Assembly: GCA_964599225.1 (NCBI GenBank)
Contig: CAZRDO010000003.1
Span: 8,066 to 72,065, forward strand
Direction: 5' to 3'
Source: an uncultured Candidatus Saccharibacteria bacterium
Lineage (GTDB): Bacteria; Patescibacteriota; Minisyncoccia; Phycocordibacterales; UBA9973
DNA length: 64,000 bases
Under the pieces are notes generated by a model. The model was given only the letters and a program-made list of their open reading frames with translations, made no database searches and was not told the origin of the DNA. A program made the position numbers and the translations under genes. Shown in pieces: positions 29,510 to 39,357 of the stretch. Positions within the stretch are counted from its first letter, which is position 1. Each line of letters opens with the position of its first letter.

Positions 29510-30850
29510 ATGAAAGCTGGAGAAAATAATGTCATGGAGAAAATTGTGAGCTTGTGCAAACGCAGAGGATTTATTTTCCCCGGTTCTGAGATTTATGGCG
29601 GGATGGCAGGCCTCTATGACTATGGTCCACTTGGTGTTGAACTTCGTCACAATATTAAACAACATTTTTGGCAATCCTTTATCGGAAATCGTGATGAAGT
29701 CTATGGTCTCTCAGCTTCAATTTTAATGCCAGCTCGAGTCTGGGAAGCCAGTGGTCACATGGATTCGTTTACTGATCCACTTGTGGAGTGTAAGACTTGT
29801 CATGCGCGCATTCGGGCTGATCAAGCTGATGCAATTAGTGAACACGAAGCAGTACACCAGAAAAAGAAAGAAATCTGCCAGTGGTCAGAACCAAAAGTTT
29901 TCAATCTCCTCGTGAAAACTCATCTCGGAGCAGTTGAAGATGATGCATCAGTCGCCTATCTCCGTGGAGAAATTACTCAGGGAGTTCATGTTAATTTCAA
30001 AAATATCCTCGACTCGATGCATCCAAAGCTTCCATTTGGTATTGGGCAAATTGGTAAAGCCTTTCGAAATGAAATTACACCAGGGAACTTCATTTTCCGC
30101 TTACGCGAATTTGAGCAGATGGAACTACAGTATTATATTCAACCTGAGGAAGAAGAAGGGAAGCGACAATTTGAATATTGGAAAGACTTTGCGTTCTCAT
30201 GGTACAAAAGCCTTGGCTTTCGTGATGAGAGTTTGCGCCTCCGGCCTCACGCGCCTGATGAGCGTGCGCACTATGCCAAAGATGCTTGGGATATTGAATT
30301 CAATTCGCCATTCGGTGGCTGGAAAGAAGCTTGGGGAATTCATCACCGTGGGGATTGGGATTTGCGTCGACATTCTGAGTATTCAAAAGTTGGTCTCTCA
30401 TATTTCGATGAAGAGAAAAAGGAGCGTGTGATTCCGTGGGATATTGAGTGCTCTGGTGGTGTTGATCGGGCAGTTCTCTTCGTCTTACTTGAAGCGTATC
30501 GAGAAGATTCGCTTGGTGATGATACACGTGAATACCTTGCGCTCGCACCCAAGGTTGCACCAGTCAAAGTAGCTGTCTTTCCACTTCTGAAAAACAAACC
30601 AGAACTTGTTGAGAAAGCCCGAGGAATATACCAGGCTCTCAAAAAAGAAATTCCTCAAGTCATGTTTGATGATAACGGTAATATCGGTAAGCGCTATCGT
30701 CGTCAGGATGAAATTGGTACACCATGGTGTATCACTATCGATTTCCAAACACTCGAAGATGAGACCGTGACAATTCGTGAGCGTGATAGTGGAGAGCAAA
30801 AGAGAATCACAACTACCGAATTACAAGCATATATACAAAAATCTCTATAA
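29510..30850 (+). CDS. glyQS: Glycine--tRNA ligase (alpha2 type)
   Basis: KRRGF...SEIYGG, YDYGPLG, GKAFRNEITP, REFEQME, YRRQDEIGTP. Confidence 0.97.
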   Translation: MKAGENNVMEKIVSLCKRRGFIFPGSEIYGGMAGLYDYGPLGVELRHNIKQHFWQSFIGNRDEVYGLSASILMPARVWEASGHMDSFTDPLVECKTCHARIRADQADAISEHEAVHQKKKEICQWSEPKVFNLLVKTHLGAVEDDASVAYLRGEITQGVHVNFKNILDSMHPKLPFGIGQIGKAFRNEITPGNFIFRLREFEQMELQYYIQPEEEEGKRQFEYWKDFAFSWYKSLGFRDESLRLRPHAPDERAHYAKDAWDIEFNSPFGGWKEAWGIHHRGDWDLRRHSEYSKVGLSYFDEEKKERVIPWDIECSGGVDRAVLFVLLEAYREDSLGDDTREYLALAPKVAPVKVAVFPLLKNKPELVEKARGIYQALKKEIPQVMFDDNGNIGKRYRRQDEIGTPWCITIDFQTLEDETVTIRERDSGEQKRITTTELQAYIQKSL

Positions 30851-30857
30851 AATTTAT

Positions 30858-31805
30858 ATGAAAGACAAATCATTTCTCGTCACGGGCGGAGCCGGATTTA
30901 TTGGTTCACACATTGTTGAGCGGTTACTGAGTGATGGTGCCAAAAAGGTTCGAGTACTTGATAATCTCTCAAGTGGGAACCGGAAAAATATTGCAGCATT
31001 TGAAACAAATCCAGCCTTTGAATTTATTGAAGGAGATATCCGTGATGCAGAAGCCTGTGCCAAAGTATGTGAAGGAATTGACTACGTGTTCCACGAAGCA
31101 GCACTCGTTTCAGTGCCACGCTCAATTAAAGAACCCGAAGAATATCAAGCAGTGAATGTCACAGGATTTTTCAATGTGCTCAATGCTGCGAGAAATGCTG
31201 GAGTAACTCGCGTGGTGTATGCGTCATCCTCCTCAGTCTATGGTGATAATGAAACACTGCCTAAGCGTGAAGGTGCTATTGGACAAGCGCTCTCCCCCTA
31301 TACACTCTCTAAACAAATGGATGAGCTCTATAGTAGCCTCTTTGCGAGAGTCTACGGGCTCTCAAGTATTGGTCTTCGCTACTTCAATGTTTTTGGACCA
31401 CGACAAAATCTAGAGAGCGCTTATGCGGCAGCAATTCCAAAATTTATTGCAAATATTCTCACTGACAAACCAGTGACGGTCTTCGGAGACGGTGAACAAA
31501 CACGAGATTTCACATTTGTAGAAAATATTGTTGAAGCAAATATATGCGCGCTTAGTGCAAAGGATGCCTTTACTGCATTCAATGCCGGTGCAGGGGATCG
31601 GGTAACAGTGAATGAGCTCATTGCAACTATCGGCGAACTTACTGGCAAAGAGCCGATAATAGAATTTACCGAAGTGAGAAAAGGCGACATTCCTCATTCA
31701 TATGCCGATATCGAAAAAGCTCGTACAGAAATTGGCTATATTCCAAAAATAAAACTCCGTGAAGGGCTTGAGAAAACTATTGCCTACTATAAAACAGTTA
31801 TATAA
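30858..31805 (+). CDS. UDP-GlcNAc/GalNAc 4-epimerase-type extended SDR (WbpP-like)
   Basis: VTGGAGFIGSH, SVPRSI, YASSSSVYG, Y..SK, LRYFNVFGPRQ. Confidence 0.9.
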   Translation: MKDKSFLVTGGAGFIGSHIVERLLSDGAKKVRVLDNLSSGNRKNIAAFETNPAFEFIEGDIRDAEACAKVCEGIDYVFHEAALVSVPRSIKEPEEYQAVNVTGFFNVLNAARNAGVTRVVYASSSSVYGDNETLPKREGAIGQALSPYTLSKQMDELYSSLFARVYGLSSIGLRYFNVFGPRQNLESAYAAAIPKFIANILTDKPVTVFGDGEQTRDFTFVENIVEANICALSAKDAFTAFNAGAGDRVTVNELIATIGELTGKEPIIEFTEVRKGDIPHSYADIEKARTEIGYIPKIKLREGLEKTIAYYKTVI

Positions 31806-31807
31806 AT

Positions 31808-33073
31808 ATGAAGCCTGAAATTACCACGCTCGCAAATGGGCTCCGTGTACTTCCTATTCCCATCATTGGTTCTGAAACAGTCACAGTACTTGTACTGGTC
31901 AAAGCAGGATCGCGCTACGAGACTCTAGAGACCAACGGGCTCTCGCATTTCCTTGAACACATGTGTTTCAAGGGTACCACCAAACGACCTTCGGCATTTA
32001 TCATTTCAAATGAACTTGAGTCAATCGGAGCGATTTCTAATGCCTTTACTGGCCAAGAAGTGACGGGTTATTTTGCCAAAGGACTTTCTGAGCATTTTGA
32101 ACAGATTACAGATGTCATCAGTGATATATATCAGAACTCACTTTTTCCAGAAGCAGAAATTGCAAAAGAGAAGGGCGTGATAATTGAAGAAATAAATATG
32201 TATGAAGACATCCCACAAGCACTTGTTGAGTATGATATCTACAAATTAATGTTTGGTGATACACCGCTTGGCTGGAGGATTGGCGGATTTAAAGAAGTAG
32301 TAAGCACACTCACGCGCGAGGATCTCACAGAATACTATGGTCGTCGCTATGTTCCAGAAGAAACACTCCTTGTCATGGCAGGGAATATAACGACAGATCA
32401 GGCGTTAGGGTTAAGCGAAAAATATTTTGGTACACTCGTTGCAAAATCCTCCGGTCAAGATATTTCCACACAGATACAACAAACTGAGCCCAGAGTTAGT
32501 ATTAGAAAAAGAGTAAATGATCAAACCTATATATCCATTGGATTTCGCGCTTTCTCATCGTATGATCCACGATTGCCGGTACTTGAGGTACTAGGAGGTG
32601 TGTTAGCCCACGGTATGGCTTCACGACTTTTCCAAATTTTACGCGAAGAGATGGGAGCGTGTTATTACGTGAATGCGAGCATTCATTCATATCGTGAGGA
32701 AGGATTTTTTGAAATCAGTGCTGGGGTAGACACAAAGCGCCTACATGAAGTTGTTGCGCGTATATATGCCGAATGCCAAAAATTAAAAACAGAATTGGTG
32801 AGTGAGATGGAACTTTCTCGGGTAAAAGAATATAACGTGGGATCAATAAAGCTCGGACTCGAATCTTCAAATGCTCAGGCAATGTTCTATGGCGAGCAGG
32901 CAATTTTAAGGAAACCGCTCAAAACCCCTCGAGAAATTGCCGATGAGATTAGAGGAGTTACCTCCGGAGCTATTCAGAAACTGGCAGAAGAGCTTTTTCG
33001 GCCTGAGCACGCCAACCTCGTGGTTGTTGGACCAGAAGGTGATGAAGTGACACTCAAATCAATTTTCGTCTAG
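31808..33073 (+). CDS. M16 (pitrilysin) family peptidase
   Basis: GLSHFLEHMCFKGT, NAFT, SRLFQ.LRE..G..Y. Confidence 0.95.
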   Translation: MKPEITTLANGLRVLPIPIIGSETVTVLVLVKAGSRYETLETNGLSHFLEHMCFKGTTKRPSAFIISNELESIGAISNAFTGQEVTGYFAKGLSEHFEQITDVISDIYQNSLFPEAEIAKEKGVIIEEINMYEDIPQALVEYDIYKLMFGDTPLGWRIGGFKEVVSTLTREDLTEYYGRRYVPEETLLVMAGNITTDQALGLSEKYFGTLVAKSSGQDISTQIQQTEPRVSIRKRVNDQTYISIGFRAFSSYDPRLPVLEVLGGVLAHGMASRLFQILREEMGACYYVNASIHSYREEGFFEISAGVDTKRLHEVVARIYAECQKLKTELVSEMELSRVKEYNVGSIKLGLESSNAQAMFYGEQAILRKPLKTPREIADEIRGVTSGAIQKLAEELFRPEHANLVVVGPEGDEVTLKSIFV

Positions 33074-33115
33074 ACCTCCTGTCATTGGAGTGTTATTTTT
33101 GCTATACTTCCGTAT

Positions 33116-34198
33116 ATGGCAGTTAACGCAAATAAAGAATACCAAGTTCATATAAGTGGTAAAACTATTTCCACGTTCTTCATAGTGATTATCGCTCTCG
33201 CGACACTCTGGGTGCTTCGCAATCTCGCGCTTGTACTTCTGACGGCAATTGTCATTGCTTCATTTAGTGAATATGTAGTTCTTAAACTGCGACGTTATCG
33301 TTTTCCGAGAGTCCTTTCAGTGATTATCGTCTATGTTGCGACATTGCTTGTATTCTCAGGCCTCTTCTATGTTTTAGTACCGATATTTGTGGGTGAAGCA
33401 TCAGACCTCATTGATGCGGCCCAGAAATTTATTCCCGTAGGACAAGAATCCACTGCGATTAATCCAAGTTCAATTGATACTGCAACATCACTGGTTTCAG
33501 GCATTACACACGGCGCACCACTGAGCCAAATTCTCCAGCAATCACAATCATTTCTCTCGAGTTTTTCTGCAGGATTCTTTGGTATTGCGACAGGTATTTT
33601 TGGAGGTATATTTAATTTCATACTTGTCATTATTTTGTCGTTCTACCTCTCGCTTCAGGAGAAGGGTATTGAGCAGTTTATTCGAGTGGTGGCACCAGTG
33701 CGAGCACAAGATTACGCAGTTGATCTTTGGCTTCGTACTGAGCGGAAGATTGGGCTTTGGATTAAAGGTCAATGCTTCTTGGGACTTCTCATAGGCGTGA
33801 TTACCTACATTGTGCTTTCGATTATTGGTGTTAAGTACGCACTTCTTCTGTCCATTCTCTCAGCCATTGCTGAGCTGGTTCCGTTCGGTATCGTTGTGGC
33901 AACCGTGCCAGCAGTACTCTTTGCCTATCTTGGCGGGGGAGTGAAGCTTGCAGTGATTGTCGGAGTCTTCTACTTTATTCTCCAACAGATTGAAAACTAT
34001 TTTATTGTCCCTCTGGTGGTCAAACGAGTCGTCGGTATTCCACCACTTGTCGTGATCCTTTCAGTCCTCATTGGGGTGAAACTCGCAGGATTCTGGGGAC
34101 TTGTGCTAGGTATCCCCGTTACTGTACTTCTGATGGAGTACATTGATGACCTTCGCAAAAAAAGAATAGTTGAGGATGTTTCGAAAGCGCATGAATAA
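33116..34198 (+). CDS. AI-2E family transporter
   Basis: WIKGQ, ELVPFG, QQIENY..VP, G..L.IP. Confidence 0.9.
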   Translation: MAVNANKEYQVHISGKTISTFFIVIIALATLWVLRNLALVLLTAIVIASFSEYVVLKLRRYRFPRVLSVIIVYVATLLVFSGLFYVLVPIFVGEASDLIDAAQKFIPVGQESTAINPSSIDTATSLVSGITHGAPLSQILQQSQSFLSSFSAGFFGIATGIFGGIFNFILVIILSFYLSLQEKGIEQFIRVVAPVRAQDYAVDLWLRTERKIGLWIKGQCFLGLLIGVITYIVLSIIGVKYALLLSILSAIAELVPFGIVVATVPAVLFAYLGGGVKLAVIVGVFYFILQQIENYFIVPLVVKRVVGIPPLVVILSVLIGVKLAGFWGLVLGIPVTVLLMEYIDDLRKKRIVEDVSKAHE

Positions 34199-35636
34199 TG
34201 AGTCTAAAAAACCTTTCTATATTACGACGACTCTTCCGTATGTGAATGCTGAGCTCCATATGGGGCACGCACTTGAATTTATACGGGCCGACGCCATTGC
34301 CCGGTACAAAGAGCTCATGGGCTTCGATGTGTTCTTTAATTCAGGGACTGATGAGCACGGTAGCAAAATTTATAAAAAAGCAGAGGAGGAAGGCAAAGAG
34401 GTAAAACAATTTGTTGACGAGAATGTAAAGAAATTTTATGAATCAGTAAAAATCTTTGGGTTAAAAGACGGGGTGCATTTTATTCGTACGACCGATGATG
34501 CTCATATAAAAGCGGCGGAAGCTTTTTGGAAGACTGTTGACTCGAATGGATATATCTATAAGAAAAATTATCAGACGAAATATTGTATTGGTTGTGAGAG
34601 CGAGAAAACTGAATCCGAACTTGTCGACGGCAAATGTCCTGAGCATGGCACCATACCCGAACTTATCGACGAAGAGAATTATTTCTTCAAGTATAGTCAC
34701 TTCACCAAACCACTTCTCGACTTCTATGAGAAAAATCCTCAATTCGTTGTTCCAGAATTCCGCTTCAATGAAATGAAGGCCTTTGTTGAGCGAGGACTCG
34801 AAGATATCTCTATCTCACGCAGAAAAGAGAAAATGCCTTGGGGCATCCCAGTGCCAGGCGACGATGCTCATGTGATGTATGTCTGGTTTGATGCGCTCAC
34901 AAGCTATATAGCGACCCTGGGCTGGCCAGATGAGGAGGGAGAGTTTAAGAAGTATTGGGTAGGGGGTACGCCAACTCAATACTGCGGCAAGGACAATACG
35001 CGTTTCCAGAGCGTACTCTGGCAAGCAATGCTCATGGCAGCCGGACTTCCTAATTCACACCAGATTATCGTCAATGGCTTTATTGTCGCCGACGGAGGCG
35101 TAAAAATGTCCAAAACTATTGGTAATGTGGTGAACCCGAGAGATATTGCCCGAGACTACAGTACCGAAGCACTACGGTTTTTTCTTCTCGCTGAAGTTGC
35201 GAATTTCGAGGATAGTCCATTTACTGCGTCTCGGTTTCGGGATGCGTATAATTCGAAGCTCGCCAATGGTTTGGGCAATCTCACGAGTCGTATTATGAAA
35301 ATGGCAGTTACGAATTTGACCGAGTGGCCAGAGATACCTCTGACTTCAATTCCTGATGAATGGAAAGAGCGAATGGAAGCATTTGATATCAAAGGCGCGA
35401 TGGATATTATCTTTCGCCATGTCGGCGAACTCGATTTGATTATTCAGAGCAAGGAACCATTTAAAATGGTGAAAATTGAGAAAGAGAAGGCACTCGCGAT
35501 CATGAGTGATTTGGTAGTGAGACTTTATACGATTGCTCGGATGTTAAGTCCATTCATGCCGGAGACGTCTAAACAAATGAAAGAAATAATTAAATCACGG
35601 AACATGCCGGGCCCACTTTTTTTGAGGAAAGAATAG
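34191..35636 (+). CDS. metG: Methionine--tRNA ligase (short form)
   Basis: YITTTLPYVN..LHMGH, GTDEHG.KI, YVWFDAL, KMSKT. Confidence 0.97.
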   Translation: MNNESKKPFYITTTLPYVNAELHMGHALEFIRADAIARYKELMGFDVFFNSGTDEHGSKIYKKAEEEGKEVKQFVDENVKKFYESVKIFGLKDGVHFIRTTDDAHIKAAEAFWKTVDSNGYIYKKNYQTKYCIGCESEKTESELVDGKCPEHGTIPELIDEENYFFKYSHFTKPLLDFYEKNPQFVVPEFRFNEMKAFVERGLEDISISRRKEKMPWGIPVPGDDAHVMYVWFDALTSYIATLGWPDEEGEFKKYWVGGTPTQYCGKDNTRFQSVLWQAMLMAAGLPNSHQIIVNGFIVADGGVKMSKTIGNVVNPRDIARDYSTEALRFFLLAEVANFEDSPFTASRFRDAYNSKLANGLGNLTSRIMKMAVTNLTEWPEIPLTSIPDEWKERMEAFDIKGAMDIIFRHVGELDLIIQSKEPFKMVKIEKEKALAIMSDLVVRLYTIARMLSPFMPETSKQMKEIIKSRNMPGPLFLRKE

Positions 35637-35639
35637 ATT

Positions 35640-36449
35640 ATGAAATTTAACTATTTTGATATTCACTCTCATCTCAACCTCTCACCACTCTATGATAAGA
35701 GAACAGAGATTATGGCACGCATGCGTGAGACGGGAATTGGTACGATTACTGTCGGAGTTGATCGCGAGACTTCAAAGCTCGCGATTGAAATTGCCGAAGA
35801 GAGCCCTGATATGTGCTGGGCAACAGTTGGACTCCATCCAACTGACAATGTTGCTGAAGATTTTGATATTAGGACATATCGAGAGCTTGCTCTCTCATCA
35901 AAGGTAGTTGCAATAGGGGAGACAGGATTGGACTACTTTAGAATTACGAATGACGAATTGAGAATTAAGAGTAGACAACAAGAAGTCTTTAAGAAACATA
36001 TCGAGCTTGCAATTGAAATTGGTAAACCACTCATGCTTCACTGTCGCCCAAGTAAGGGAACTATGGATGCCTATCTCGATGCAATAGAAATTTTGGAGAC
36101 TTATAGCTCACAGGTCGGATCTAATAGCTTGCACGGCAATTTCCACTTCTTCGTCGGCGATATACCAATTGCTCAGAAAATTTTAGACATCGGCTTCACT
36201 ATGAGCTTTGACGGTCCGATTACATTCTCTCGTGACTACGATGCATTAATTAAATTTCTGCCAATTGAATCAATTATGGGTGAGACTGATGCGCCATTTG
36301 CTGCCCCAGAACCCCATCGTGGCCAGAAATGTGAGCCATGGATGGTAGAAGAAGTGTATAAAAAAATTGGCGAAATAAAGAATATTGAGCTCTCTACAGT
36401 AAGAGATCAGTTTGAAAAAAATATCGAGCGAGTTTTCGGTATTCCATAA
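35640..36449 (+). CDS. tatD: TatD family nuclease
   Basis: DIHSHL, GLHP, AIGETGLDY, LHCR, ETDAPF. Confidence 0.93.
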   Translation: MKFNYFDIHSHLNLSPLYDKRTEIMARMRETGIGTITVGVDRETSKLAIEIAEESPDMCWATVGLHPTDNVAEDFDIRTYRELALSSKVVAIGETGLDYFRITNDELRIKSRQQEVFKKHIELAIEIGKPLMLHCRPSKGTMDAYLDAIEILETYSSQVGSNSLHGNFHFFVGDIPIAQKILDIGFTMSFDGPITFSRDYDALIKFLPIESIMGETDAPFAAPEPHRGQKCEPWMVEEVYKKIGEIKNIELSTVRDQFEKNIERVFGIP

Positions 36450-36486
36450 AATAAAAAACTGCTCGATTTGAGCAGTAGCATTTAAT

Positions 36487-36945
36487 TTAGCTTGTAGCTT
36501 TTTCCCAAGTGAAGGAATGAACAGAGAAAGCATCCTCCACTATAACCAGCCTATTACTCCAAAGCAAGATTTTGCCACCTTTTTCAATTCGAATACAATG
36601 CTCAGATTTGCCCCTAATTCTAGTGGGAGAAGATCTTTTTCTTACATTAAATCTCCCGACTACAGTTGATTCTGTATTATAAAGAAAAAAATCATCGAAA
36701 TCACTAGGTATTATATAAGTGAACATATTCTCTACTATAATCCCTTGGATCATACGGGCGCTACTATCAATTAATCTTTTGATTACTATGTGGTTGGCTT
36801 CTTTAAAAAAGCTAGATTCTTGTGAAGTGAATTTCTTATATTCAATTTCTTTCTCACAAAGTCTGCTTTTTAACAGTTGAAGAATTTCTTTTCTAACTTG
36901 AAATTTTATCAAGAACCCTTTCGGGAATTTCCTTTTTGTGTCCAT
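36487..36945 (-). CDS. AT-rich hypothetical protein
   Basis: 152-aa ORF with a TTGACA upstream on the minus strand and a hairpin downstream. Confidence 0.55.
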   Translation of the reverse strand: MDTKRKFPKGFLIKFQVRKEILQLLKSRLCEKEIEYKKFTSQESSFFKEANHIVIKRLIDSSARMIQGIIVENMFTYIIPSDFDDFFLYNTESTVVGRFNVRKRSSPTRIRGKSEHCIRIEKGGKILLWSNRLVIVEDAFSVHSFTWEKATS

Positions 36946-37049
36946 TATTTAGGTTATTTTCTAAGGCAAGATTACTATCTAAATATAGTCATGTCAATAT
37001 GTCTGAAGAAGCCTTGCCTTTTTTGAATTTTACTGTTAAATTAAACAGA

Positions 37050-37121
37050 TTCCCGTTCGATGCGCGCCTGAACGCGTATCGCAATTCCGTCTCTTGAGCC
37101 GGATAAGGTCCGAAGCGGGAA
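37050..37121 (+). ncRNA. Structured rpsF leader, candidate S6:S18 autoregulatory RNA
   Basis: Outer stem TTCCCGTTCG/CGAAGCGGGAA, hairpin GATGCGCG/CGCGTATC, CTC-tt-GAG followed by CCG. Confidence 0.55.
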
Positions 37122-37149
37122 GTTAGATATTATAAAATAGCAATTTAGA

Positions 37150-37683
37150 ATGGATACAGAAGTAATTGAAACAGGCGATAAGCGTCCTGTCTATGAAGTA
37201 AGCTTCCATCTTGTCCCAACACTTAGTGCAGACGAAATGGTGGCGAAGTTTTCAAGCCTCAAAGACATGCTCGCCGGAGCTGGGGCAGTATTTGTAAGCG
37301 AAGAAATTCCAAAAGAATTTACACTCGCGTATGAATTCTCTCATACCGTTGAGAACAAAAAAGAATGGTTCACCCATTCGTATTTCGGTTGGATAAAATT
37401 TGAGTGTGATGAGAGCGAGATTAGTAAAATCGATGCGGCACTCAAACTTGATCGCAGTGTCATTCGTTTCCTACTCATTAAAACAGTACGAGAGAATACG
37501 CTTTATGGAAAGCGTTTTGGTGTACCAGCACGTCGTCGCACCGAATCAAAGCATGAGACAGTAGAAGAGAAGAAACCAATTGATGCAGTTGAACTCGACA
37601 AAGAGCTCGATGCCATGCTCAGTGATGAGCCCGTTGTAGCTACAGACACAGAAGTAAAAGAGAAAGTTGAGACAGAGGCTTAG
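37150..37683 (+). CDS. rpsF: 30S ribosomal protein S6 with acidic C-terminal extension
   Basis: YEV..., LAYE, VIRFLLIK; rpsF-ssb-rpsR order. Confidence 0.9.
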   Translation: MDTEVIETGDKRPVYEVSFHLVPTLSADEMVAKFSSLKDMLAGAGAVFVSEEIPKEFTLAYEFSHTVENKKEWFTHSYFGWIKFECDESEISKIDAALKLDRSVIRFLLIKTVRENTLYGKRFGVPARRRTESKHETVEEKKPIDAVELDKELDAMLSDEPVVATDTEVKEKVETEA

Positions 37684-37764
37684 CTATACAGAGGTGCATT
37701 CCTTTGTTAGAGTTAAACCATACATCCACAATGGTGGACATTACTCATAAAAGAGAAAAGTAGT

Positions 37765-38223
37765 ATGAATCTAAACAAAGTATTACTTATAGGAAATCTC
37801 ACGCGCGACCCTGAACTCCGCGCTCTCCCATCAGGTGTCAAAGTGGCAACCTTTGGAATGGCAACCAATCGAGTTTGGAAAGACGCAGAAGGCGTGAAGC
37901 GCGATGCAACAGAGTTTCATAATCTTGTTGCTTTTGCCCGCCCAGCCGAAGTCCTTGCCCAATATGCCAAGAAAGGAAGTCCACTCTACATCGAAGGCAG
38001 ACTTCAGACCCGAAGTTGGGACGATCAAGCAACTGGTCAGAAAAAATATCGGACTGAAATCGTTATTGAAAACTTCCAGTTTGGACCAAAAAGTTCTCCA
38101 GGCACTGGAGGTAATGATTTCAAAAGTCAGGAAAAACCAGAAAATAAGAAAGAAGAAAGTGATGCTGTAGATACCATTGAATATCCAGAAGAAGACATCA
38201 ATGCTGCGGATATTCCGTTCTAA
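37765..38223 (+). CDS. ssb: Single-stranded DNA-binding protein
   Basis: NKVLLIGNLTRDPELR, IEGRLQTRSW, DIPF tail. Confidence 0.98.
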   Translation: MNLNKVLLIGNLTRDPELRALPSGVKVATFGMATNRVWKDAEGVKRDATEFHNLVAFARPAEVLAQYAKKGSPLYIEGRLQTRSWDDQATGQKKYRTEIVIENFQFGPKSSPGTGGNDFKSQEKPENKKEESDAVDTIEYPEEDINAADIPF

Positions 38224-38280
38224 TAACAGTAATTCAAAATATCGCTATCGCAATTAGTAAATTATCAATATACCTCATTC

Positions 38281-38481
38281 ATGAAACAAGACTTTTTTAC
38301 CGCAAATAATATCAAGCATCTTGATTACAAGGATACAGAAATCCTCAAAAAGTTTCTCTCTCCGACGGGCAAGATTCTTTCTCGTCGTCGCACAGGTGTG
38401 GCAAGTAAAAATCAGCGCCAGCTCTCACTTGCAATCAAGCGCTCCCGCTTTATGGGACTCCTCCCATACGTCGCGAGATAA
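38281..38481 (+). CDS. rpsR: 30S ribosomal protein S18 (no Zn-binding Cys)
   Basis: DYKD...LKKF...[10 protein letters not shown]...QR.L..AIKRSR.MGLLPY. Confidence 0.97.
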   Translation: MKQDFFTANNIKHLDYKDTEILKKFLSPTGKILSRRRTGVASKNQRQLSLAIKRSRFMGLLPYVAR

Positions 38482-38490
38482 TTATTGAAC

Positions 38491-38526
38491 AAACTAAAAA
38501 GCACCTGAATAGGTGCTTTTTAGTTT
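38491..38526. terminator. Bidirectional terminator between rpsR and efp
   Basis: AAACTAAAAAGCACCT-gaat-AGGTGCTTTTTAGTTT. Confidence 0.8.
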
Positions 38527-38573
38527 GAATAAATGTATTTACAAGAGCATATACAATTTTACTTCTTTATATA

Positions 38574-39152
38574 CTATGCGCGTTCAGCGTATTCTCCTGT
38601 GACTGTATTGACGATGATTTTGTCACCTTCAGCGATGAAAAGGGGAGTTAAAATTGTTGCACCATTTTCAAGTGTGACTTGTTTGTTGCCGCCAGTGCGT
38701 GTGTCGCCTTTGATTGCAGGCGGTGCGTCTTTGACCACAAATTCCATTTTGACAGGAAGTTCAACTGAGATAGTCTTCTCTTCACCATCGTCATCAAATA
38801 TGACTGCCGTGACAATGGTATTGTCTTTGAGAAAGCGTGCACTCTCTCCAATGAGGCTACTCTCAAGTTTGAATCGATCAGAGGGATTGCCGGGATCACA
38901 AAACCAGAGTTCACCACGGTTTTGGTATAAAAATTTTACTTCACGTTTTATGATATCTGCCTCATCAATTTTGTCAGAGACATGAAATGTTTCGTTGTAG
39001 GTTTTACCAGTGAGGAGGCTCTTGAGCTTGACCTGGTTTTGAGGTTTACGCTGTTGTGTACGGGCCACATGGCTCTCGAGTACCTTGCAAGGCTCACCTT
39101 GGTAGACGATAATTTTGTTTTCGCGGACTTCGTTGTATTCGAGGATAGCCAT
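38574..39152 (-). CDS. efp: Elongation factor P
   Basis: Start MAILEYNEV at 39152; KLKSLLTG, PPAIKGDT, K...LENG....PLFI..GD.I.VNT.TGEY..RA. Confidence 0.93.
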   Translation of the reverse strand: MAILEYNEVRENKIIVYQGEPCKVLESHVARTQQRKPQNQVKLKSLLTGKTYNETFHVSDKIDEADIIKREVKFLYQNRGELWFCDPGNPSDRFKLESSLIGESARFLKDNTIVTAVIFDDDGEEKTISVELPVKMEFVVKDAPPAIKGDTRTGGNKQVTLENGATILTPLFIAEGDKIIVNTVTGEYAERA

Positions 39153-39182
39153 ATGAATGGGGTTAAAGTTTAAAGTTGGAAA

Positions 39183-39219
39183 CTTGCCCGACTGAAAAGT
39201 TTCAATCTTTCGGGCGGGG
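39183..39219 (-). repeat. REP-like hairpin in the efp 5' region
   Basis: Minus strand CCCCGCCCG...CGGGCAAG; termini nearly match the T-box insert at 20138-20175. Confidence 0.55.
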
Positions 39220-39357
39220 TTGATGGAATAAAAATAGGCGAACCGCCTTAAGAGCACTATAGCAATATTAGTGGTTTTTGTGAATACAGATTTAAAACAT
39301 AGAGTTGTTGACTTGAAGAGATCTTTATGGGAATCTGAGTTTAGAAAACTAAAGGCA

